From the NCBI GenBank assembly GCA_051749205.1, contig JBNJII010000002.1, positions 30,654 through 94,653 of the forward strand: 64,000 nucleotides of DNA. The letters run 5' to 3'. Of the stretch, positions 36,033-43,869 are shown in pieces; within the stretch, counting starts at the first letter, position 1, and the number at the start of each line of letters is the position of its first letter. Source of the DNA: Thermodesulfobacteriota bacterium. Its GTDB lineage: Bacteria; Desulfobacterota; Desulfovibrionia; Desulfovibrionales; Desulfothermaceae. Below the pieces are notes generated by a model that ran no database searches, had not been told where the DNA came from, and worked only from the letters and a program-made list of their open reading frames with translations. The position numbers and the translations under genes were made by a program.

Positions 36033-36737
36033 ATGACCGCTTGGTCATCGCATAGCCTCACTTCATCCACCTCTCACCGTAACAGCAAAAGACGTGTGAA
36101 CTTGTATCCAAGCCCCACTTTCCTGAAGGTATCCCCAGAGAAGCAGCAGGCCATTTTGGATGCGGCAATAGCTGAGTTCGGAACCTATGGCTACCACCAG
36201 GCCAGCATCAACCGCATGGTGAACCGGCTTGGAATCGCCAAGGGGTCAATATTTCAATATTTCGGAAACAAACAAGGCCTTTTCGAGCATGTCTTCACCC
36301 AGGCCAAGGAGATTGTTTCCGAGCACCTGCGCTTCATTCGGGAACACACCCGGGACAAGGACTTTTTCACCCGGTTGTCCATCATTTTGACCTCCGGCTT
36401 GGCCTTTGTCCGCGAGCATCCGGGACTGTACCGGACGTACATGCATGTCTTGCGGGACGAACATCTGCCCGGCCGTGCCGCCTATCTCCTGGAAGTCAGA
36501 ACAGCCTCCAGGACTTATCTGACCGGGCTGGTGGATCAAGGCTTGAATAATCGCGAACTGGACCTGGACCTGTCCAAAGAATGGGCCGTTCTCTTCCTGG
36601 ACGCCCTCCTGGACCGCTTCTTCCAGGTCTTGTCCGAACCCGATCCGAAAGAAACTTCTCAACATCAGCCCCCAGGTACAGACCAAGAGCATATCCAGGC
36701 CTTGATCCGCTTTATCCGCAAAGGATTGGGCCACTGA
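36033..36737 (+). CDS. TetR/AcrR family transcriptional regulator
   Basis: The HTH region is SPEKQQAILDAAIAEFGTYGYHQASINRMVNRLGIAKGSIFQYFGNKQGLF. The start is uncertain: ATG 36033 has no SD, and GTG 36096 would give a more typical short N-terminus. Confidence 0.85.
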   Translation: MTAWSSHSLTSSTSHRNSKRRVNLYPSPTFLKVSPEKQQAILDAAIAEFGTYGYHQASINRMVNRLGIAKGSIFQYFGNKQGLFEHVFTQAKEIVSEHLRFIREHTRDKDFFTRLSIILTSGLAFVREHPGLYRTYMHVLRDEHLPGRAAYLLEVRTASRTYLTGLVDQGLNNRELDLDLSKEWAVLFLDALLDRFFQVLSEPDPKETSQHQPPGTDQEHIQALIRFIRKGLGH

Positions 36738-36742
36738 GAAAG

Positions 36743-36793
36743 CCAGAGATCAGAGTTCAGCGCCGCCTCTGGCCGCAGACCGCCAGTTTGATC
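36743..36793 (+). repeat. 3'-flank repeat (short version) shared with the dnaB downstream region
   Basis: CAGAGATCAGAGTTCAGCGCCGCCTCTGGCCGCAGACCGCCAGTTTGATC begins about 7 nt after the tetR stop. Both of its ends match the reverse complement of 18369..18453. Confidence 0.75.
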
Positions 36794-36895
36794 GGGTATA
36801 AGACTGTTTCATATGAGAAATCAGCGGTCAGTCAATGCAACACATACAAAATATCGTCCAGACCTCAACCTGGGCGATATTGTGCGAGGTAAATC

Positions 36896-38002
36896 ATGCC
36901 CTTAAACCAAGCTCTGCACCAGCACAAACTGAGCGGCATAGCCGAGAAGATAGATGCTGGTCAGCGCCTGTCTCTTCAGGAAGGCCAGGCCCTGTTCGAC
37001 TGTCCCGATCCTGTACTGGTCGGATCCCTGGCCCATACAGCCCGGGTCAAGCGGCACGGACAGCGGACCAGCTATGTCCTCAACCAGCAGATCAACTACA
37101 CAAATATCTGCGTCAACCAGTGCCGATTTTGCTCCTATCACCGCAAAAAGGGCCAGGAAGGGACCTTTTTGCTCAGCCTGGAGGACATCCGAGGTAAGAT
37201 CCAGGAGCAATTCCGAATGCCCATCACCGAAGTGCATATTGTGGGCGGATGCCATCCGGATCTTGGCCTGGACTTCTACGAGGCTATGCTGTCCACTATT
37301 CGGGCCTTGCGGCCTGAAGTGATCCTTAAGTGCTTTACTCCAGTGGAGATCGCACACTTTGCCCACCTGGAAGGCATCCCCACCCATGAAGTCCTGCTTC
37401 GCTTGCGTCAGGCCGGGCTGGACATGATGGCCGGAGGAGGAGCGGAGATCTTTGCCCCCAAGATCAGAGAACGTATATGCCCGGAAAAGATATCCGGACA
37501 GCGCTGGCTGGAGATATCCGGGCAGGCTCACAACCTTGGACTGCGCACCAACTGCACCATGCTCTTTGGCCACTTAGAGACTGTTCAGGACCGTCTCCAC
37601 CACCTGGATCTTCTCCGCACCCAACAGGACGAGACCCAGGGATTTATCTGCTTCATCCCCCTTCCCTTTCAGACCAAGAACAACCTCCTCACGGGCATCA
37701 CCCCCCTGACCGGCATCGAGGAACTTAAAACCATAGCCGTGTCCAGACTCATGCTGGACAATATCCCGCACATCAAAAGCTACTGGGTTATGCTCGGCTT
37801 AAAGCAGGCCCAGGCGGCCATGTTTTTCGGGGCCAACGATCTGGATGGAACGGTTGTTGAGGAAAAGATCGGGCATATGGCCGGGGCTGACTCCCCCCAA
37901 ACCCTGTCCAGATCTGAACTGGAAGAGATGATCCAGGGATGCGGCCTTGTGCCCCAAGAAAGAGACGGATTCTTCAACCCGGTCCAGGGGATGAACCAAT
38001 GA
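36896..38002 (+). CDS. mqnE: radical SAM futalosine-pathway enzyme, probably aminofutalosine synthase
   Basis: 368 aa with CVNQCRFCSY radical-SAM cluster motif, HIVGG and CFTPVEI motifs. As I recall, these favour MqnE over MqnC. The MqnC/MqnE assignment is tentative. Confidence 0.6.
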   Translation: MPLNQALHQHKLSGIAEKIDAGQRLSLQEGQALFDCPDPVLVGSLAHTARVKRHGQRTSYVLNQQINYTNICVNQCRFCSYHRKKGQEGTFLLSLEDIRGKIQEQFRMPITEVHIVGGCHPDLGLDFYEAMLSTIRALRPEVILKCFTPVEIAHFAHLEGIPTHEVLLRLRQAGLDMMAGGGAEIFAPKIRERICPEKISGQRWLEISGQAHNLGLRTNCTMLFGHLETVQDRLHHLDLLRTQQDETQGFICFIPLPFQTKNNLLTGITPLTGIEELKTIAVSRLMLDNIPHIKSYWVMLGLKQAQAAMFFGANDLDGTVVEEKIGHMAGADSPQTLSRSELEEMIQGCGLVPQERDGFFNPVQGMNQ

Positions 38003-39072
38003 GTGCACACAAAGTCTCCGATCTGCTCCAGGCCGCACAGGCCGGTGAACGACTAGACCGGGACCAGGCCATGGCCCTGTATACCGAAACCGAGCTGCAT
38101 GAACTCTCGCTGGCGGCCCAGGCTGTTCGCAACCGCCTGCATCCTGAGCCCATAGTCAGCTATGTGGTGGACCGGAACATCAATTATTCCAATATATGCG
38201 TCTGCGGATGCCGATTCTGCGCATTCTATCGGACTCCTGGACACAAGGGGGGATACGTCCTGGAGTTGTCTGAACTCGAAAACAAGATCCAGGAGGCCAT
38301 AAATCTGGGAGCCACTCAGATCCTGCTCCAGGGCAGTCACCACCCGGATCTGGATATCGGCTTTTATGAGCAGATGCTCTTAGCAATTAAAGAGGCATTC
38401 CCGGGCCTGCACGTGCATGGGTTCTCCCCTCCGGAGGTGATGCACTGTGCCTTTCTTTCCGGACTGTCCCCTGCCCACGTTTTGGATCGGTTGATTGCCG
38501 CTGGCCTGGATTCCATCCCCGGTGGAGGAGCAGAGATCCTGGTGGATCGGGTGCGCGAAGAAATCGCCCCCAACAAGTGCTCGGCCCGGGAATGGCTGGA
38601 AGTCATGGGCCTGGCTCATAAAAGAGGTCTTCTGACCACAGCCACCATGATGTTCGGACATGTGGAGACCCTGCAGGACCGGGTGGACCACCTCCTGGCC
38701 GTGCGGGAGCTGCAGGACCGGACCAAAGGCTTTACAGCCTTTATTCCCTGGACCTTTCAGCCAGACCATACCGCCCTGTCCGCGCGCAAGGCCACCAGCA
38801 TAGAGTATCTGCGTCTTCTGGCCCTTTCCCGCCTGGTCCTGGACAATGTGCCCAATCTCCAGGTCTCCTGGGTGACCATGGGGGCCAAGATCGGCCAATT
38901 GGGCCTTTTTTCCGGGGCCAACGACTTCGGCTCGACCATGATCGAGGAAAATGTTGTCGCCGCCTCCGGAGTCAGCTTTCGGATGAGCGAAGGATACATG
39001 CGGGAGGTCATCGAAGCGGCCGGGTTTGTACCCAGGCAGCGCAGGATGGACTATTCACATGTTGAACTCTGA
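37999..39072 (+). CDS. mqnC: radical SAM futalosine-pathway enzyme, probably cyclic dehypoxanthinyl futalosine synthase
   Basis: Start at MSAHKV, with an ATGA overlap to the upstream stop. Motifs are NINYSNICVCGCRFCAFYR, ILLQGSHHP and HGFSPPEV. The MqnC/MqnE assignment is tentative. Confidence 0.6.
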   Translation: MSAHKVSDLLQAAQAGERLDRDQAMALYTETELHELSLAAQAVRNRLHPEPIVSYVVDRNINYSNICVCGCRFCAFYRTPGHKGGYVLELSELENKIQEAINLGATQILLQGSHHPDLDIGFYEQMLLAIKEAFPGLHVHGFSPPEVMHCAFLSGLSPAHVLDRLIAAGLDSIPGGGAEILVDRVREEIAPNKCSAREWLEVMGLAHKRGLLTTATMMFGHVETLQDRVDHLLAVRELQDRTKGFTAFIPWTFQPDHTALSARKATSIEYLRLLALSRLVLDNVPNLQVSWVTMGAKIGQLGLFSGANDFGSTMIEENVVAASGVSFRMSEGYMREVIEAAGFVPRQRRMDYSHVEL

Positions 39073-39123
39073 AGAACTCAACATGTGAACTGACACAAAA
39101 AAATCCCTTTACTGCAAACACTT

Positions 39124-40011
39124 ATGCCCCATTTACAGACTTCAACCACCCATCTTCCCCCGAGCACCCGGCCCCTTCGGATGGGCAAAATCAGCTACCT
39201 CAACGTGCTGCCTATCTACTATGCCCTGGACAAGGGGTATATACCCCACAATTTTGTTTTCACCTCCGGTCCTCCTGCCGAGCTGAACACCAGGATCAAG
39301 GCCGGAGAGCTGGACATGAGCGCGGCCTCGAGCATTGAATACGCCCGAAACTTCCAGGACTACCTGCTCCTGCCCCAGGTGGCCATAGGCAGCCAAGGAC
39401 CGGTGCAAAGCGTTCTCCTCCTCAGCCAGGTACCGCTTTGCTCTTTACAGGGACAGTCCATCCTGATCAGTTCCCAGACCCACACCTCAGCCGCACTGCT
39501 GCGCCTCTTGGTCCGGGAAAACATGGGCCTGGAAGTGAGGTACGAAACCGGGGATATCACGGCCAGACTGAAGGCCGAGAACCCGCCCACCGCCTTTCTG
39601 GCCATAGGCGACGAGGCCCTTCGCCTGCGTAACCATCCTGATTTTCCGTATCATCTGGATCTTGGACAGGCTTGGCTGGAATGGACCGGTCTGCCGTTCA
39701 TCTTTGGGGTCTGGATCGGACGAAAGCCGGAACAGGTCCGAGAAAAAGAGCATCTCCAGGCAGGGACCCAGCAGCTCTTGGCTTCCAAGGCCTGGGGCTT
39801 ACGCCGGATCCCCTTTTTCGCCCGCTTGGTCAGTGAGCAGGGTATCCTCAATTATCAGGCCTTGGTGTCCTACTTCAACGGGCTGGTTTACGAGTTCGGA
39901 CCCAGGGAGCAGGCCGGATTGGAGGTCTTTTACAAAAAGCTTCACGCCTGCGGCGAACTCCCCCGCATGCCCCAGCTGCGCTTTGTAGCTATTCCCAACG
40001 ATTACGAATAA
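39124..40011 (+). CDS. mqnA: chorismate dehydratase (futalosine pathway)
   Basis: LRMGKISYLNVLPIYYAL N-terminal signature of MqnA. The start may be the internal Met at 39181; neither candidate has a clear SD. Confidence 0.8.
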   Translation: MPHLQTSTTHLPPSTRPLRMGKISYLNVLPIYYALDKGYIPHNFVFTSGPPAELNTRIKAGELDMSAASSIEYARNFQDYLLLPQVAIGSQGPVQSVLLLSQVPLCSLQGQSILISSQTHTSAALLRLLVRENMGLEVRYETGDITARLKAENPPTAFLAIGDEALRLRNHPDFPYHLDLGQAWLEWTGLPFIFGVWIGRKPEQVREKEHLQAGTQQLLASKAWGLRRIPFFARLVSEQGILNYQALVSYFNGLVYEFGPREQAGLEVFYKKLHACGELPRMPQLRFVAIPNDYE

Positions 40012-40963
40012 AATCCAGAGACTGATCTAAAATAGACCGTTCTGCAGTAGGCGGGAAGACGCTCAAGGCTTGTCTGGCAGTACGCAGAAACGTGTCCGCT
40101 TCGTCCCGAGCCTTTTGACTCAACCCTTTCTCCTGGATGCTTGATAAAATCCATTCCTGCTCGTGAGTGTCTAAGGCATGGTCCTTGATTTTGGACAGAA
40201 GCTGCAATTTCGTCTCCTGTTCCAATTGATCCAAAAAAAAGATCAGCGGCAGGGTCAGCTTCCCTTCACGCAAATCTCCGCCCAGGGGTTTGCCGGACTG
40301 AGACGGGGGTGCAGCATAGTCCAGGGCATCGTCCACAAGCTGGAAGGCAATACCCATATTCAGGCCAAAAACCTTGGCTGCCTCTTCCTGTTCCGGTTGG
40401 CATCCGGCCATCAAGGCCCCGCTTTGGCAGCAGGTCTGAAGCAAAAACCCGGTCTTGCCCACTATGATCTCCAGGTACTCCTCTCGGGACAGAGCCGGCT
40501 GCTTCATACGTTCGATTTCCAGGATCTCCCCAGTAGCCGTCTGATAGATGGCTTCAGATATACAGGACATCAAAGAGAGATTGTTGTATTCGGTAACCAC
40601 CTTATTAGCTTTGGCCAGCAAGGCGTCTCCGGCCAGCAAGGTAGCGCTGGTTCCAAACAGGAGGTGAGCAGAACACTGGCTGCGGCGGATGGCGGCATTA
40701 TCCAATATGTCGTCGTGGAGCAGGGTTGCTGAGTGAATGAATTCCAGAGCCGCGGCCAAGGGATAGAGATTTATATCCCTTCGGCCGCAGGTGAGAGCCT
40801 GATAGGTCAGCAGACACAGGGCCGGGCGCAGACGCTTTCCACCTCCGCTCAGGATGTGTTCGGCCACAGGCTGGACCAGAGGGTTCAACCCGGAGCAGAT
40901 CTTACGTAAGCTTTCTTCAATATGGGGTAAATGAAGTTGGAAAAAATCGTTCAGCGAAGGCAT
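39989..40963 (-). CDS. polyprenyl diphosphate synthase (long-chain, menaquinone side chain)
   Basis: 324 aa with DDxxD motifs LLHDDILD and QLVDDALD. Confidence 0.9.
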   Translation of the reverse strand: MPSLNDFFQLHLPHIEESLRKICSGLNPLVQPVAEHILSGGGKRLRPALCLLTYQALTCGRRDINLYPLAAALEFIHSATLLHDDILDNAAIRRSQCSAHLLFGTSATLLAGDALLAKANKVVTEYNNLSLMSCISEAIYQTATGEILEIERMKQPALSREEYLEIIVGKTGFLLQTCCQSGALMAGCQPEQEEAAKVFGLNMGIAFQLVDDALDYAAPPSQSGKPLGGDLREGKLTLPLIFFLDQLEQETKLQLLSKIKDHALDTHEQEWILSSIQEKGLSQKARDEADTFLRTARQALSVFPPTAERSILDQSLDFIRNRWE

Positions 40964-40978
40964 GGCTCCCCTGATACA

Positions 40979-41731
40979 CTACTGCCCATCGACTGGCAAG
41001 GGATCTTTATCCGCGCCCAGCAAGCGTTTCCCCGCCCGGCCGAGGCTGGTAAAGGCTGAATCCATATCCCACTCATCCTGGCTTCGCCACCCCACCCGAT
41101 TGGAGATGCTTCGGATCTGGACAAAGGGCAGTCCATGCACAGTGCAGGCCCAGGCCAGAGCGAAGCCTTCCATGTTTTCAATGTCAGCACTTGTTCGTGC
41201 CTGGAGTTGTCTGGCCCGTTGAGGAGTCCCGCTCACTCCAGCCACACTCAGACTGACCACTTGAGGCCAACCGGAGTCCAACTCCAAGCCCATGTTTCGG
41301 GCATCAACATCCGGCTGCAAGGATAACGAATCCCAGATCACCTTTTTCCGAACCCGGCCCTGGCCAAACCCCAACCCCCTGGCATCCAACCCGTCTGCTG
41401 TATACAGGCCGAACTCGGGCCAGATCTCGGTGTGGACCCCCACCACACTCCCCAGGGGAAAAGCTTGCAGGGAAAAGCTTCCGGCAATTCCCATGTTCAA
41501 CACTCCAGCCAGGTCTGGTTTCCGGCCCACAAGCTTGCCCAGAGCCATAGCCGCATTCACCGGACCGATCCCGGTAATGAGCAGAAGCAGGGTTCTCAGG
41601 CCCCAAGTATATTCCTGCACACAATTGACCTGCATGGGCAAGCCTTGAGCCCGGGGGCCAAGCACGGCGTGCATTTCCTTGCGGGTGGCCGTGACCAGGA
41701 CGATGGGCTGATGTGCGCCTTGCGTATCCAT
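40979..41731 (-). CDS. mqnB: futalosine hydrolase / nucleoside phosphorylase family
   Basis: ILVTAT...ITGIGPVNAA...ENMEGFA...IRSISNRVG motifs of the PNP/MTAN fold, in the mqn cluster. The start was chosen at MDTQGAHQP; the ORF extends to 41824. Confidence 0.75.
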   Translation of the reverse strand: MDTQGAHQPIVLVTATRKEMHAVLGPRAQGLPMQVNCVQEYTWGLRTLLLLITGIGPVNAAMALGKLVGRKPDLAGVLNMGIAGSFSLQAFPLGSVVGVHTEIWPEFGLYTADGLDARGLGFGQGRVRKKVIWDSLSLQPDVDARNMGLELDSGWPQVVSLSVAGVSGTPQRARQLQARTSADIENMEGFALAWACTVHGLPFVQIRSISNRVGWRSQDEWDMDSAFTSLGRAGKRLLGADKDPLPVDGQ

Positions 41732-41872
41732 AAAATAGCCAAGACTTCCTCTGTTATCAAAACCTGCTCGCGAAGTTATGAAAAACTCCTCTCCAGGGAA
41801 GAAACTTCCTGTGGCCTCTCCCATGGGATAAAGCCTACGAACAAGGAAGGGGGCTCAAGCTTGTGCCTGTGC

Positions 41873-43186
41873 CTACAACCGCCAATAGGTGGCTCCGGAT
41901 CTGCGGATCGCTTCCTGTGGCAATAGACCCTTGATATCTGCAACGACAGCCTTTTCCGGACTGCGCAGGGTGGACAGAATATCTTCGACGGAGAGTTGCT
42001 TATACCACGTATGGGGCACAGCCAGGATCAGGGCGTCCAGTTCGCGTACATCCTCCCAAAGAGTCAACTCCAGGGCAAACTCCTCTCTGACCTCCAGATG
42101 ATCAACAAGCGGGTCGTGGGCCAAAATCTGGACGCAGAAGCTTTCCAGCTCTTTGATGATGTCTACAACTCGAGTGTTGCGCAGATCAGGCACATTTTCC
42201 TTAAAGGTCAGCCCCAGTACCCCAACCCTGGCTCCATGGACCCCGTTTCCGGCCTGGATGATATTCTTGACCACTTTCTGGGCCACAAACTGCCCCATGT
42301 TATCGTTGATCCTTCTCCCGGCCAAGATGACCTGGGGATGATAGTCCAAAGCCTCGGCCTTGAAGGTCAGATAATAAGGGTCAACGCCTATGCAGTGCCC
42401 GCCCACCAGGCCGGGCCGGAAGGGTAGAAAGTTCCATTTGCTCCCTGCAGCCTCCAAAACATCCAGGGTATCTATGTCCATACGTTCAAAAATCAGGGCC
42501 AGCTCATTCATCAAGGCAATATTGAGGTCCCGCTGAGTATTCTCAATAACCTTGGCCGCCTCCGCCACCTTGATGCTCGGGGCCTTGTGCACCCCGGCCC
42601 GGACCACCTTTGAATAGACATCGGCCAAGAAATCAGTAATCTCGGGTGTCTGTCCAGCCACGACCTTGACGATGTTCTCCAAGGTATTCACCTTGTCTCC
42701 AGGGTTTATCCGCTCCGGAGAATAGCCGATCCAGAAATCTTGCCCGCAGCAAAGCCCGGATCTCTCTTCCAGCAAGGGAAGACACAGTTCTTCAGTCAGG
42801 CCTGGATAGACCGTTGACTCATAGACCACCACCGTCCCTTTTTGCATATATTGCCCCACGGTGACCGTGGCCGCCTGGATCGGCCCCAGGGCCGGACGGT
42901 GGTTGGAGTCTATAGGGGTGGGAACGGCCACGATAATGAGATGGGCCTTGCTTAAGTCCTCCGGGTGGGCCGAAAAAACCACATCCGCAGCCAGGAGGTC
43001 CTTGGACTGGACCTCTTTGGTCCGGTCCCGACCGTGCCGGAGTTCATCCACCCTGGCCTGAGATATATCGAAACCAAGGACCCGAAAATGCTTGGCCAGG
43101 GCCACAGCCAGTGGCAGGCCCACATAGCCGAGTCCGACAACGGCGATTTTTTTCTTCCCTTCCTGAAAATCAGCCAACCTGAACAT
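41873..43186 (-). CDS. nucleotide-sugar dehydrogenase (UDP-glucose/GDP-mannose dehydrogenase family)
   Basis: Start at MFRLADFQEGKKKIAVVGLGYVGLPLA, with an AAGGAGG SD. The catalytic region is GGHCIGVDP. Confidence 0.88.
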   Translation of the reverse strand: MFRLADFQEGKKKIAVVGLGYVGLPLAVALAKHFRVLGFDISQARVDELRHGRDRTKEVQSKDLLAADVVFSAHPEDLSKAHLIIVAVPTPIDSNHRPALGPIQAATVTVGQYMQKGTVVVYESTVYPGLTEELCLPLLEERSGLCCGQDFWIGYSPERINPGDKVNTLENIVKVVAGQTPEITDFLADVYSKVVRAGVHKAPSIKVAEAAKVIENTQRDLNIALMNELALIFERMDIDTLDVLEAAGSKWNFLPFRPGLVGGHCIGVDPYYLTFKAEALDYHPQVILAGRRINDNMGQFVAQKVVKNIIQAGNGVHGARVGVLGLTFKENVPDLRNTRVVDIIKELESFCVQILAHDPLVDHLEVREEFALELTLWEDVRELDALILAVPHTWYKQLSVEDILSTLRSPEKAVVADIKGLLPQEAIRRSGATYWRL

Positions 43187-43258
43187 GCCGGTGCCTCCTT
43201 GCTTGTCATTTCCCTTGAAATCTGACAGTATAAAGGACAAAAATTTTGGAGGATACAC

Positions 43259-43855
43259 ATGGATTTCTTGCCCATCAAACGCGCTTTGCTCAGTGTCACC
43301 GACAAGTCCGGACTGACTGATCTGTGCTCAGCCCTCGCCGAGAACCAGGTAGAGCTGATCTCCACAGGCGGGACTATGCGCCATATTCAGGATGCCGGAT
43401 TCCAAGTGACTGCTGTGAGTGAAGTGACCGGATTTCCTGAAATCCTTGGGGGACGGGTGAAGACCCTTCATCCCCTCATCCATGCCGGGATCCTGGCCGA
43501 CAAAGACAACCAGGAGCACGTAGACACCCTGAGCAAAATGGATATCCTTGCCTTTGATCTGGTCTGTGTCAACCTGTATGATTTCGCTCAGGCCCTGGAA
43601 CAGCAAAAAAAAGACCACGAACTCATTGAAGAAATCGACATTGGTGGCCCCACCCTCCTTCGGGCTGGAGCCAAGAACTATCACAGTCTGACCGTTTTGC
43701 CCTCTACCGAAACCTATACCCAGTTTATGGCCGAGCTGGAAAAAAATAACGGATCAATAAGCCTGGATTTCAGAAAACAGATGGCAGCCGAAACCTTTGC
43801 TGTCACTTCCAACTACGATGCCACGATAGCCAAGGCCTTGGAAACAAACGCATAG
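43259..43855 (+). CDS. stand-alone IMP cyclohydrolase (PurH N-terminal MGS-like domain only)
   Basis: 198 aa with KRALLSVTDKSGL, STGGT, GGRVKTLHP, DLVCVNLY, IDIGGPTLLRAGAKN motifs. It ends right after the ...NYDATIAKAL segment that closes the IMPCH domain. No AICAR transformylase domain follows. Confidence 0.85.
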   Translation: MDFLPIKRALLSVTDKSGLTDLCSALAENQVELISTGGTMRHIQDAGFQVTAVSEVTGFPEILGGRVKTLHPLIHAGILADKDNQEHVDTLSKMDILAFDLVCVNLYDFAQALEQQKKDHELIEEIDIGGPTLLRAGAKNYHSLTVLPSTETYTQFMAELEKNNGSISLDFRKQMAAETFAVTSNYDATIAKALETNA

Positions 43856-43869
43856 ATAAGGAGTATTTT

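Noticed and set aside
39057-39088. 10-bp inverted repeat CACATGTTGA...TCAACATGTG spanning the mqnC stop
   Set aside because: It could be a weak terminator or attenuator before mqnA. However, it has no T run and a 12-nt loop, and it partly lies in coding sequence. The support is insufficient to call it.
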